Assembly (NCBI GenBank): GCA_963575745.1
Contig: CAUYUJ010000086.1
Location: 1 to 64,000 of the forward strand
Reading direction: 5' to 3'
Length of the DNA stretch: 64,000 nt
From: Prorocentrum cordatum
Lineage: Eukaryota
Positions 1-12,929 of this stretch are shown piece after piece; the first letter of the stretch is position 1, and every line of letters begins with the position of its first letter. Position numbers and translations under genes: made by a program. The notes under the pieces are model-generated. The model ran no database searches, was not told the DNA's origin, and saw nothing but the letters and a program-made list of their open reading frames with translations.

Positions 1-6
1 TGTTGG

Positions 7-3000
7 GTGGGTCCGAGGTGTGTCGACCCAGCTTTGCTTACTGCGTACGACCCTCAGGTTACGAACTGTATGCTGTGGAAGCATGATGTCTGTGTGTGGA
101 AGCCGCCCAATCAGAGATTCCTCGGTGTGTCTCGGGACGTCGATGCGTTCTACCGATTCTGGCGCAAGACGTACCGGGTGGAACGGCAAAATGTGTCTGC
201 CCCGCGAGGTGTCCAGGATCCGCTGCTCCCTCCGCCTGTGCCTGTTTCGTCTCCTTCGGTTCCCGTGCCTTCGCCGTCGTCGGCTGGTGCTGCTTGGTGT
301 TTGCGCGTTCAAGATTCTGCGATTGCAGGGCGGCTCTCGGTTGTCGACTACGGGAGTGTCTTTGTCGGTTTGCCTCGGAAGTGTTTTCCTCTGTGCATTG
401 CTGCTTCTGGGGGCTCCGCATGGAACATTGCTGATGCCACTGCTTTTTTTGCTGAGCGTCTGAGCAATGATGTAGGCACTGGCATGGGCGGCGGAGTCGT
501 TGAAAAGGCTAATATGGATCTGGTGCTGCTGTGGCTTCAGATGCGCAGCGCAGGCTACTGGGTTTTTCGAGCGAAGGCTTCTGCGGATTTTTTTTCTGGG
601 GCGGTTGCAGGTCCATGGTGGCTCGGTGCGCCTGGCGCGGCGTGTGTCGGTGCGCTCCTCTGGCTCGAGCACGGTCACGTGGTGCGCATCGTGGACGACG
701 ATGGGGTTTTTCTTTCTGCCTCATTCTCAGCTGGGGTGTCTTCTGCGGAATCTGCGGACGCGCCGTGGCTGCGGTCCGTTGCAGGCGCGCCGAAAAAGAA
801 GGCAGCCGCGAAAAGCAAGCGAGGTGCGCATTTCCGAGGTGCGCAGAACCCAATTTCGATAGCGGCCGTTGCTGCGCGGCAGCGACGCGCGACTGGTGAG
901 GATGGGGCGCCGTCGTCGTCTGGCGAGGACATGCCAGTCATCCCGGGAGTCACCGTCGACGATGCCGATTCGGGCGATGCTGCGGGGGCGTCCGTGCTTC
1001 GTCGTCCTGCAGCTGCGGCCGCCACGCATGGCCGTGCGTCTGGGGACGAGAGCGATTCGGGTGAGGACATGCCGATGCTTCCAGGGGTTACGGTGGAAGA
1101 GGATGACGCGGGGGCTGCTCGGGCGCGATCGGACGCCGTCGCACCGCAGGCAGCGTCTGCGAGGCGCGCTCTTCGGGGCGCGGCTTCGGCCGCGGCGCCG
1201 CCGAGCGATTCTGATGGCGAGGAGATGCCTGTCATCCCTGGAGTGACCGTGGACGTCGGGGGTGCTGACGATGGTGCAAGCGATGGCAGCGGGCCGGCCG
1301 CGCGTCCGCGCGGCGCCCGGAGAGCGCGCCGGAAGCGCGGGGCCGCGGACGGGGTGCTTGCGTCCGAGGCAGAGTCCCGTCAGTTCCAGCCGGATTACGT
1401 GGACGAGGACCGCTGCAAAGGGCTGACGTGGGGGGGGGGCTGGGGGCGAGAGCAGTGCCGGTTTCGGCCGAAGACGGGGAGCGACGTGTGCGGGAAGTGC
1501 GCTCGATATGGGTGCCCGCACGGGCGCGTCAGGGGCCCGATTCCTGCAGGCGCGTTGGATAAGTTCAAGGAGTTCGCGCTGAAGGCGAACAAACCATCTA
1601 AGCAGTGGTACGCGCGGCACGCGATGTGGGACGTGGCGTCGAAGATGAAGCCTGAGCTGAAGTCCTTGTGTGAGGTGGGCGAGCACAAGCGATCTGTGTT
1701 AACGAACAGTGAGTACGAGCAGTGCCTCAAGCAAGTCCATGACAATCTCCGAATCCATAAGAACCATGGCCGTTCTGGCTTCGTATACGAGAAGGGGGCA
1801 GGGGTGCGGACACTGCAGGATCGCTGCGGGGAGGGAATTACTCGGTTCGGATCGGAGAGGGAGGCCTACAATGGGCAGCAGGGGGGGAAGGTGTTCATGT
1901 GGTACAGCAGGGCGGTCTTCAACAAGTACCTGGGGCAGCTGCAAGCTTCCGAAATGGATTGTAGCGAGAAGGACTGCGTGGAGGCGTTGCGGTTGACCAG
2001 CGAGGAGATTCGGCGGTACCCAATGAAGCAGCAGTATCTGAGACCGTACGCAGGCCCGCAGTGCTATCCGCACATTGATCCGCGTTCGAAGGAGAACAGG
2101 CTGCACGCGAACGAGAAAATGGGGCATGCGCCCGGAGAGGATCCGCAGGGGGGCGGCGACGGCGGCGCCAGGCCCGATGCGTGCGGGGGAGCCGACGACG
2201 TGGCGTCGCACTTGTTCTGTATGCGGAATTGGGCGCAGTGCGATCGGTGCCACTGCTGGCGCCTGCTTCTGCCTGCCTGCGCTGCGCGCGCGCGAGGGGA
2301 TGAGTACTACAGGGTTCGCGACACCGGCTTGGATTGGGAGGGGTGGTTGACGGGGGCGGCGCATCGGTGTGCGGCGGCGGCTGGTGCGTCGAGAGACCAG
2401 GGCGCTGCGCTCGGTGGGGGGGGCGGCGACGCCGTGGAGGGTGCGATGCAGCAGGGCGGCGGCGCGGACGAGGGCGGCGGTGGGGGGGAGATGCGCGGCG
2501 GCGCTCGGAAGCGGCGCCTGGGGCGGAAGACGTCCGAGGCGGAGGCTGCCGAGCCCGCCGCGGTGCGCGGCGGGGCGCGGAAGCGGCGGTTGGGGCGCAA
2601 GACGTCCGAGGCGGAGGCCGCTGCGAGCGGAGCGGGGCGCAGGGGCGCGGAGGAGGGGCGAGCTGGCGAGGGGGGCGCGGAGGTGCCGGAGGCGCGCCGG
2701 GGGCGCCGGAGACTCGAGCGCAAGACGTCCGCCGAAGAAGGGGCCGAAGCGGGCGGCGCGGTTCGCGGAGCCGTGGACGAGGAGGGCGGTGGCGACGAGA
2801 CATTCGTCGGTATGGCGGAGTTATCGGCCCCCGATTGCGACGACGAGCGTTCTGCGTCAGATCATGAGTGCGCCTCGGAAGGAGACGCGGCACCGCTGCC
2901 GCGCGAGGTGCGCAGCGCGCTCGATGCGGAGCTGGTGCGTTTCGCTGGTGCTGGGCCGCCGACGGAGGCAGACTGGGCAGAGGCTCGAGCGGCCGAGGAG

Positions 3001-6000
3001 GGGCGCGGGAGCGCGCCGCGCCGCGCGGGATTGTCGCGAACCGGAGGTGGGGATGCGCGGGCGTGGGCAGTTGCGTCCGTGCCCCACCTGAAGGACAAGC
3101 GGATGGTGGCATTGGTCGGTGCCGTCCGCGAGTACCTGGTGTTGTGCCGTCAGTGCGACCGGGGTAGTTTTCGGATCCAGGGGTCGGTCGGCGATAAGTT
3201 GTGGGTTGCGCTGATGGAGCCGGGGCGGCCAGGACAGTTCGGGCGCGTGCTGCTGGAGCTGGAGGATCGCGCGCGCGGTCGTGGGCCGAGCGCGGAGCGT
3301 TCGTCTTGGGAGGCGATAGCCGTGGAGGAGGATTTCCGTCGTCGCTCGGAGTGGCCCCGAGTGCGTTTCGAGTGTAGTATGTTGCTGACGCCGGTCGTGT
3401 CCGAGAGCGGCGGGACGCAGTGGCGGGCGGTGCGGTGCTGCGATGAGCCGGACGGGGGCGATGCGGACGATTTCCAGGCTCTGTGGCAGCGCGAGTCGCG
3501 GGTCGCGGCCGTCTTCGCAGCGAACGTGGTTCGGGATGACGACGTGGTCGTGTTGCCTGTGGAGCGGCCTGCCGGGTGGACGGAGCCCGCGCACATGGCG
3601 GGGGCGTGGTGGCGGGGCCAGGGCCCCCGGGAGCGCAGAGCAGAGGAGGGGGAGAATCCCGGGCGCGTCTGGGTGGGCCAGCTGCAGGAGGACGCCGGCG
3701 TGGCGGGGCTGCTGCCCGAGGGCGGCGCGGGCGAGCGCACTGCGAAAGAAGGGCTCGACGCGCTGCAGCAGGCCGGTCAGGGAGTGCGGGGGGCGGGTCG
3801 CGCGGGTCGTGGCCGGGGGCGCCGAGCGAAGAAGCGCGGTCGGTACGGGAATGATTTGCGGGCCGTTATTCGGACCAGATGGGCGCCTGGGAGGTCGTCG
3901 GAAGGTGCCGGCCCGGGCGTCGCGGAGTCGTTTGTGTTTGGATCAGCGCCAGAATCGGAGCATTGGGAGATTCGTGTGGAGGCGCGTTTGCGCGAGCGCT
4001 GCGGAGGGCGTGTAGACCAACGAGCGCGTGTTGCTGCAGGGGACGTTCACCAGAAGTGCATGCTGCTGGCGCTGAAGACGGTGCCGCTGCGCGTGGCGAA
4101 GTATGACGTGCAGCTGCGCGCTGCGTCCGTGCGGGCCGTGCAGGCGGCGCAGGCGATCCTGACGCGCATGGTGAAGTTCACGTGCCACGAGTGCCAGGAG
4201 CGGTTCCCGGCGTTCCACCCTGCCTTCGAGCCGCCGGACCAGCTGGCGGATGAGATGTTGCTGCTGCGTCGCGGCGGGGACGGGCTGGCTGCGTGCAGCG
4301 CGGAGGTGGCCGAGTGGGACGAGGTGCCGCCGAGCGACCCGCCGGATGGCTTCGCCCTGGAGTGCGCGGGCGTGTGCATGCGGTGTAGGCGGGATCTGGA
4401 CAAGCAGGCGTCGGCCGCGCCCACGGAAGACGACCTGTATCAGGTGGTGGGTCTCCGCACCGCGCAGAATCACATGGACCCGTGCTTCCGGTTCCCCTCC
4501 GATGACCTGCGCGACCTGTTCGACCAGGCCACGCTCACGGAGAGCCTGCTCATTGCTCTGGACCACATGCAGGTGAATCTGGCCACCGTGTCTCGGACAG
4601 GGCTGCGCAAGTTCCGCAAGAACATCATCTCGTTCCCGCAGGATGTGGCCGGGTTCGCGCGGCGTCACGAGCTAATGAAGGGGTACCGCGTCGGGGATCG
4701 CGTGAACTCGGTGCGCGGACCTGGCGAGCGCCCCGACGACCCGCACCGCCCGGAGCGCATTGCCGCGGGGGGCACGGTCGAGGAGCGGCAGCGCTTCGGC
4801 GTGGACGTGTACGGGCGCCTGGTGTTTCCCGGTCGGGTCGCGGAGGTGCTGCTCAGTGGGGAAGTGATCATCGACTACGACCATGGCGGCTGGGGGAGGG
4901 AGCTTCAGGAGAACGTGGAGCCGCGGGTGATGCTGCCCTGGCACCCGAGGAAGGTGCCCTTCTGTCTGATGCTGCGGCGGAACGTTGGTTTCGGGAAGGA
5001 GGTGGTCGAGGGCCTGCACGTGCGCTGGCGCTACTGTGGGCACCTGCTGCGGGCGCTGTGCGCGTTCGCCGGCACGTGCGGGCCCTGGCGCCTGGGCGGC
5101 ACTGCGAATGAGCCCATGCACAAGTACTACGACCCGCGTTTGTTTGATGTGCTGCCGGACGACGACATCATCCGGTGCTATGCGCCGAAGGAGAGCGACC
5201 ACGGCGCCGTGCTGTCGGGGGACGAGGTGGGGGAAGCCGAGGGGCCGGGGCCGGTGACTCGGGCGGAGGCCATTGCCAGGGATACTGTTCCGTGTGGCGT
5301 CGACGTCGTCACGCCGCGGCAGTTCATTGCCGCGGGTTTCGACGTGCACTTCGTGGGGCCGCGTGATGAGGCTCAGCGAGGGGCGAGAGTCCGCGACGGC
5401 GACTGCGCACAGCGTGGCGACGAGGGCGGCCAGGACGCCGCGGGCGACGGTGGTGCGATGGAGGCAGATGAGGACCAGTTCGATGTCGGGGACGGAGACG
5501 AGGCCATGGCCGTCGATCACGATGTGTTCAGTGCTTGGCTCGAGAAGGCGCAGTTCAGGTACGGCGGGGCTTTGCAGCGATGGTGGGCGGGGCTGCAGCC
5601 GGAGGCGGAGGGTCATTTGGAGGGGCTGAAGTTTGGTGATGACGAGTCGACGGAGGACCTTTTCGGGCGCTTGCTGGACGCGGCGCGGGGGGAGAGCAAA
5701 GTGGTGGCCGTGCAGAGGGATCGGGTGCCCGTGGAGTGCGTGTGCGTCGATTTCCTCGTGCATTGGATGGGGCCGCGGGTCGGGGGGCCGTTCTCTGACC
5801 CGGGCGGGGGCGTGGCTCCAGAGGCGGTCCTGGACGATGTGATGCTGGAGTTGGCCATGGCCGGCAGGTTCGTGGGAGCTGCTCAGGACACGGATACGGG
5901 GTGCGTGGAGGAGAATTTGCCGGAGTTTGACGAGGACGAGGTGGTCGCGCGGACGGGAGAGCGGATGATTTACGGGTGGCCCGGCCAGAGTGACGACCCG

Positions 6001-9000
6001 ATTCCGGCGCGCTCTGTCGGTCGCTTCGCGAGGGCGTTCCCGTTGGAGTTCCCGATGGGCATCGGCGACCTCTTCGAGGACCGCCCTCGCCGGGTCTCCG
6101 TGCAGGAGTGGGTGCAGCTCCTGATGCGCTACCGCACCGGGCAGTTCGTTGGTGGTCCGCGTGGGCAGCGCGTGATGTGGGCTATGGTGAACGTGCTGCT
6201 CCTGAACGAGGCACGGGCGAAGGGCTTCGGCGTGTATCGGACCATGTGCAGGCGGGCGGGGCTCGCGGTTCAGGGCCCGAGTGTGATGACCAAGGGTGGG
6301 CTCAGGCAGATCTTGGAGAGCGAGGACCGTGTGCGGATCCTGGTGGGTCAGCTGGCGAACGTTGGGCGCGACGTGCCCTCGACCACGATGCATTGGTCCT
6401 ATGAGTCCAAGAACTTGCAGAGTACCGTGAAGCACCTGTCCTGGCACCCGCCCTGGGTCGAGGGCCCTCTGGCGGACGGCGCGGAGCATGTCGGCAGGCG
6501 GTTCCTGCGCGAGATGGACCTGCCGGCGGGGAACGGTCGGACTCAGCGCAGGCGGCCTCTCGTGCCGGATGTTGTCGGGCTCGGCCGGCACCCGTCCATC
6601 TGGTGGACGCAGAATCCGTTCTACAATGCCGCGTTTGACATTCTGCGCATGGGAGGAGGCCGGGGGGCGCGGGCGGCAGGGGAGCGCGCTCTCGGGGATT
6701 GGGTGGGTGACGGGCGAGAGGAGCGCTTTCGGTTCGCTCGGGACAACCCGGACCTGGTGGCGTACATGATGGCCCTGCGGGTGGAGCTGAACATGCGGAT
6801 GGTGATGCCCGCAGTGCTGCCGCACTCTGAGCAGTTCAAGTACATGGCCATGGCCAGGGCCGAGTGTGGCGCGGGAGGGAATTTGCACTACCACGGGTTC
6901 AGCGTGGGGTTGCCCGGCCCCGAGTCTGCGCGGGTGCGTGCGGACGTGGACGGGGAGGGGGACATGCTCCCGCCGAGCGTGACCAGCGACTTGGCGGTGT
7001 GCTTGCCATCGCTGGAGGCAGGGCCGATGGCGTGGCTCCAGCAGGAGCAGAAGCGGCGTGCCGCTGCTCTCGCAGCCCTGGAGCAGGTGCTGCGCGCGGC
7101 TGCCGGCCGGCCAGGCGCGCGTGCATCCAGGGGTCGTGAGGGTGAGGGTTCGGCGGCTTCAGGGTCTGGGAGTGAGGATGGCGCGGACGACGAGGAGGAG
7201 GATGAGTTCGTGGGCAGGGCTGATGCGCTGCTTGACGCGTTGGTGGATCACGGGTGGTTGGTGGTCGTGGATGTTGACGAGGGCGCGCGTGGTGGGGGAG
7301 GCGAACGAGATGTCGCGTTCGAGCGTGCGGGCCCAGAGATTGCGGCGCCCGTGGATGCGCCGGGAGAGAGTCCTGTGCAGGATGGTGCGGACGGTCATGG
7401 CGCAGATGGCGCCCGTGGTGGTCGGCCTGTTGGAGTTCCTGACGGGGCTCACCTGCAGCACTTGGCCGGTGATGGCGTTGATTTCGGTGTTTTGAAGCCA
7501 GAGCACTAGAACGTTTCGCTGCAGAGCGTTCTGGAGAAGCGGTTCCACGATTTCTTCGGGAATGTGGTTTCGGAGTGGAACCCTTGCTACGATGATGCGG
7601 GCGCGTGCCGGTACACGTGGGACGACGAGGTTGGCGCCGTCGATGTTGACGTGGAGATGGAAGACCAGGCTGCTGTCGAGACGTCGGAGGCCCGTGCGAT
7701 TCGGAGCGTGCCTGCGTCTGCGCCCGAGTGTTTGAACTTGCGGAAGGTCCTGGACGAGGCCTTTCAGTCCCAGGCAGCAGGGAAGTTGGACGTGCAGCCT
7801 GTTCGGAGACTGGTGTCCGCGCTGGTGAACAGGGTTGCGCGGCACACGAAGCATGGCATGGGCCCTCCGAAGCTCCGGGTTCATGCATGTGCTCGCGGAA
7901 AGGAGGGGTGCGTGTTCTGCCGGTATGATTTTCCGCGTGAGAGGTGGGGCCGCGTCGGGCCGAGACCGTTTCGGATGGAGAAGGGGCGCAGGGAGGGCCA
8001 CTGGCAGGCCGTGTTCCCGAGGAACGACCGGCTCTGCAACAGCTATGAGGAGCACGTGCTCCTGGCCAATATGGGGAACATCGATTGGCGCCCCGTCCTG
8101 AACCTGTGGGCCGTCGTGGAGTACGTCACGAAATACGCAACGAAGGCGCCCAAGGGTTCGCGGAAGATCAAGGAGGTGCTGGACAACGCCGTCAACGAGG
8201 TCTGCGCGTACGTTCCGGACGGCGAGGGCACCGACTTCCTCCGACGCTCGATCCAGAAGTTCTTCGCTCGGATGCTCGGGGAGCGGCATTATCATTGTTA
8301 CGAAGTGGCGCTGCCGGGGTTGCGCCTGCCGATGGTCTTGTCCATGATGCCCGTCGTGACCCTGAACACTACGGGTGCGCGTGCCCTGAGGCCTGCGTCC
8401 GCACTGCATAAGGAGCCGGAGGATGAGCCGGTCCACTGGGATAGCAAGGTGGACAAGTTCGACAAGCGCCTGGGGTTCGTGCGTCGCCAGCGGGCCGGAG
8501 GCCACGAGTCCATCACGGAGGAGGAGGTGCGCGATGTGTCACTTTTCGAGTTTTATTGGAAGTACGCCGTGTACCGCGGGAAGCTGAGGCGCGGGAACCC
8601 CGCGGTGTGCCTGCAGGTGACGCCCGGCTATAGCGCGGAGTGTGCGAACGTGGACCATGCCTGCCACGAGGCGTACGCGCGGGCGAACGTCATCGCGCAC
8701 TGGCGGCACATGCCGACGGCGGACCGCAAAGCCATGATCGAAGAAGAATTGCGGCGCGACGTGCGCCCTGTGCCGGAAGTTTGTATTGGGGCCACGGAGT
8801 TTGAGAGCGATGCCGGAGGCGATCGGTTCCTGGGAGTGCAGGACCTGTGGTTCAAGTCGGGGGGGAGGGTCTGGAGGGGCAGGGAAGATCGGTTCTGGGG
8901 GGACATGATGATGGAGATGCTCACGGATCCAATGCTCCGGCAGTGGGTGCCGGCGTGGGTCGTGGAGCAGTGCGAACGCGCGAATCCTTTCTACAAGGAG

Positions 9001-9159
9001 GTGTTGGGCGCCATCTTGGAGGGTGGTGGGGTTCGTAACAACCGCGAGCTGCTGAGGCGGACGCGGCGCGAGATGGTTCGTCGGCACCAGGCGCGGCAGC
9101 AGGGGCGCGACGCCAGGGGGGTGCGTTGCCGCGGGCGATGGGGTGGGGCAGGATTCTGA
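7..9159 (+). pseudogene. N-terminal region plus Rep (HUH endonuclease) portion of RepHel, with in-frame TAG at 7507-7509
   Basis: C-x2-C...C-x2-C then NHMDP and LTESLLIAL...KNIISFPQD (DUF6570-like, ~4177-4644). AFPLEFPMGIGD (Helitron_like_N-like, 6034-6069). Motif 1 PSIWWTQN (6592-6615), NPDLVA, and motif 2 RAECGAGGNLHYHG (HYH at 6886-6894). After the stop the same frame continues with CRYDFPR, RNDRLCNSY, NMGNIDW and motif 3 EYVTKYATK (8119-8145). True start codon uncertain. Confidence 0.85.
2227..2268 (+). other. CW-type zinc-finger-like motif (N-terminal half)
   Basis: NWAQCDRCHCWRLL matches the zf-CW opening W-x-Q-C-x2-C-x2-W-R. The second half is not adjacent; FECSML...CCDEP at ~3367-3450 might be it. 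Confidence 0.55.
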
Positions 9160-9599
9160 CGTCGGCTCGAGAGAGGGTGACGGTGGCAGAGAGAGCGATG
9201 CGGCGGAGTCGGGGGAGGACGTGGAGGAGCTGGTCGACAGACTCGTTCATAACGCCGACGACGATCCCAACGAGGAGTCTCCGGATGCTGTGCTGCGCGA
9301 CCCCCGGCCGGGGGAGGGTGCGGAGGGTGGTGCGGTTGGGGGGGAGGTGTCCGAGTGGGAGCTCCGCCCAGCAGACGAGCGCGGCAGCGAGGCGGGCCCC
9401 GCGGTGCAGGCGGCAGACGTGCGTATCGGGGATGTGGCGCGGGAAGACGCTCGCGGGAGGGTGCGTGTGAACCCGAAGGATTACAACTGGCTGGATAAAG
9501 CTCGCAAGTTGTCGACGGGGGAGAAGCAGCGCCTCGAGGGGCTCCGCGATGCCTGGTACGGCAAGGCCAACGTGGGCGACGGGGCAGAGGTCGTTTTGC

Positions 9600-11300
9600 G
9601 CGAAGACTTGGATCCCTGGCAGAAGTTTGCCCACGACATCGTTATGGATGCGCGTCATTCCGAGAAGGACCCGCTCCGCCTCATGGTCACGGGTGTTGCA
9701 GGCACGGGGAAGTCGCGCACGGTGCGTAGTTTTGTGGCGGCGAGGCGACAGAGGGCGCGTCAGACGGCTCCGCGGACCAGAATGGATCGGGTGCCGGGCC
9801 TCCGCGGTGGGATGCGGGAGGGAAGGCGCTCTCAGTCGGAGATGATGAGGAGGTGCGGAATTGCTGTTTGCTGGCTGCTCCGACAGGGTGCGCCTCGTTC
9901 CAGTTGAAGTATGGGGCGACTACTCTGCACAGGGCTTTCGGCGTTCCGGTGGGGTACTGCGGGCCTTGGAAGCAAAAGGGCGGTGAACGCTTCTTGCGGA
10001 CGCGGGACCGGTTGCGGCAGGCGAAGCTGTTTGTGGTGGATGAGATGAGTATGATCGGGCGGCAGATGTTGGGGAAGATCGAGTACAAGGTGCAGGACAC
10101 TCTGGGCACGGATGCGAAGTTTGCGGCACGCGGAGGAGGCGGAAAAGGAGGAAAGGGGAGGAAGATGGAGGAGGACGAGCCAGTGTATCTCGGCTGGAAG
10201 GATGTCGTGCTGGCAGGAGATCCGCAGCAGGCGCCGCCCATCGGCGACGATCCGTTGTATCGAATGGGCAAGTATGAGGGGCATGGGAAAAATAAGCCGA
10301 GGGGGGCGGTGCGCACTCCAGACGATGCGTGGAGCACGGAGAAGTTGGTGGCCACGGGCCAGTTTGTGCGCAATACGTTCCAGGACGTCGCCGTGCTACG
10401 GCGCGTGCACAGATGGAGTGGGAAGAAGGAGGGTCTGTCCGCCGAGCGGCAGGCGGAGTACCGGCGGGATGCCGAACGTTTTCTGGAGGTGACCAAAGGA
10501 ATGGCGCAGTGCACGTGGGACCAGTCGGATCATGCGTGGTTGAGGCGCCGGAACAGGTCGGTGCTGCAGATGACGAAGGAGGGCAGGGAGGAGCTCGCAG
10601 CGTTCGAGACGGCGCCGCTGCTGATGGATGGCAGGAAGGATCGGGCGTCGGGTGCCTGCGGCGCGGATAGGGTGAACCTGGAGAGGCTGTACCAGGTGGC
10701 GGCTGCCAGTGGCAAGCCCATTTCGTCTCTGCGCGCCTATCACAATTGGAAGGATAAAAGTAAATCTCGGCCGGAAGAGATGGCGGCCGACGATTTCCGA
10801 GGGATCGAGAACGAGCTTCACATGTGTGAAGGGGCGCGCGTGCTGCTGACGCAGAACTTGTGGGTCGAGGCGGGATTGATGAACGGGGCGATGGGCACGC
10901 TGCGCGGGTACATGTGGCCGGACGGGGCGGACCCGCACAACAGTGCGCGCCCGGATCTGCAGGCGCCCATTTGTGTTTTCGTCGAGTTCGACGACGTCGA
11001 TCTGGGAAAGGACGAGAATGGCGAGCCGCGGTCTTTCTTCAAGAACGATCCTGTGCGCAAGAACTGGGTGCCCATCTGGAGGCAGTCTGTATCGTCCACG
11101 ACGGAGGACGGCCTCGCGCGCGAGAACTACCCGCTGCAGCTGGCGTGGGCTTTGACGCACTGAAAGGCGCAGGGGATGACGTTGGCGAAAGTCCGCGTGC
11201 ACATGTCGGCGAAGACCGCGGCCGTCGCTGGGATCGGGTTCGTCGCAACGACGCGCGTCAGGCATCCGTGGGACTTGGTGTTCGAGGAAGACTTGCCGGA
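9600..11300 (+). pseudogene. Pif1-family (SF1B) helicase domain of RepHel, with a frameshift near 9830-9850 and in-frame TGA at 11161-11163
   Basis: Walker A GVAGTGKS (9692-9715), LLAAPTG...GATTLH, Walker B VVDEMSMIG (~10033-10059), GDPQQAPPI (10216-10242), GARVLLTQNL...GLMNG, YPLQLAWALTH*KAQGMTL and FVATTRV. Confidence 0.93.
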
Positions 11301-12929
11301 GTACGCGGACTTCATGCGGGACAGGCACACGACGGCGTTCCGGGAGCGCCGTCGGTTCGAGCTGCGGTTGGAGGCGCGCGCTTCGTCAACGTTGCGGAAG
11401 TATGGGTACTGCGAGGCGGTTTTGTGGACCGCAGAGGAGAGGTGTGCGGCGGGGAGATTGTTGGGCCGTCTCGAGACCGTCCGTGCGGCGCAGGCGGAGA
11501 GGCTCAGAGGTCTGAACAGAGTGGTGGATGATGACACTTGGCTCTGGGGTGAGGACGGCGCGCCGTGCGTGTCAGCGTTGGCTGAGGCTGTCGATGCCGA
11601 GGCGGGGGGTGATGACGTCGCGCGGCGGCGTCTGACCGCCGTGGCTGACAGGCTCCTGGACCGGAAGAGGGTGCGCGGTGTGACGTTGGAGGAACGGGAG
11701 GCCGCGCGGGAGCTGGCGGGTGGGGATGCAGAGGATTTCTATGGTGTTGACACGGTGGAAGAGTTGCGGGGGCGTTTGAGGGCTGCCGCTGCGCGGCTGT
11801 CGCGGGAGCGCCCAGACGACGACGGAGTGGAGTTGTTGGGCCGTGTCGCTGACATGATGGTGGATCGGTGGGTGGCGTGTGGGCGGTGGGATGGTCGCGT
11901 GTTCGATGTCGTGGAACCGAGCCTGGGCCCGCTGCACATGAGCGCTGTGAAGGAGGCCATGGGTTCGCTGGTGCCGCCGAGACTGCACGGGAGCTTGGAT
12001 AAGGCGGCCAGGAAGATGAAGGATGCGTTCGGGGATGTTCGCGGTGGCTGCGCGCTGCGGATGGACAAGTGGGTCGTGAACGTGCGGTCGGAGGGCGCTC
12101 TGGCGGAGGGCAGGCTGGAGCGTCAAGCGTTGGAGTTCTTCCTGAAGGTGGCGCGACAGCTGTGCTCAGGGTTAGACCTGCCGATGACTGTGGCCTTGGC
12201 AAAGGTGGGCGAGCACGTCGGCGCGGAGGAGAACCCAGAGCATTTTGCTCGGGTGGCGCACAACTGGACGAGCGTTTGGGACGCGAGCTGCGTCAGCGAT
12301 AAGAAGGAGTTGCTGATGGTTGCTGCCGTGGACGCTCTGAGCGTGTCTGGCGTTCCCCAGGATTGGATCTTCGTGCGCGTCCAGGCTGGTCGGGCGGGGA
12401 GGCGCTCGGGCGTGCCGAGTCTCTGACCGTGTGCGTGTACGATCGAGGCCGCAGGGAGGCGGTTGCAGGGCGAATCGCTCGGAATATCGACGCGCTGCTG
12501 CGGCCGATACAGGCCAGTGATGGGCGGCGCCCGACACCAGCGGTAGAGTTTGGGGAGGCGCCGCACGTTCGGGTGCCTTCGCAGAGGATCGCCGGCGCAC
12601 TCGGGCTCCTGCTGGGCCACGTTGGTCGCGGGGCCGGTGCCAGGGTGCTGGATGCGTCGGCGGAGTCGTTCGTGCCAGACGTGTGTCGTGCGTTGCGGGG
12701 CGCGTTCGCGTCTTTCCGCGCGGGCGTCGGCGCGCGGGGTGCGCGGGATGTCATGGAGTTGTTGCTCTCGGACCAGGTGTGCCGTGACGCTCTGGACCTC
12801 TTCGGCGTCGCCCCGCGCGCGGATGTGTCTGGGCCCAGTGCGGCGGGCGCGGGCCGGGCGATGGCGGGTGTGGTGGGGAGGGCCGTGGACGAGGCAGGCG
12901 AGGGAGAGGGCCTTGAGGGCGCATCGACG

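Noticed and set aside
7507..11163. Stop-codon reassignment or readthrough explaining the in-frame TAG and TGA
   Set aside because: The accompanying frameshifts point to ordinary decay, and both stops are single transitions from CAG and TGG.
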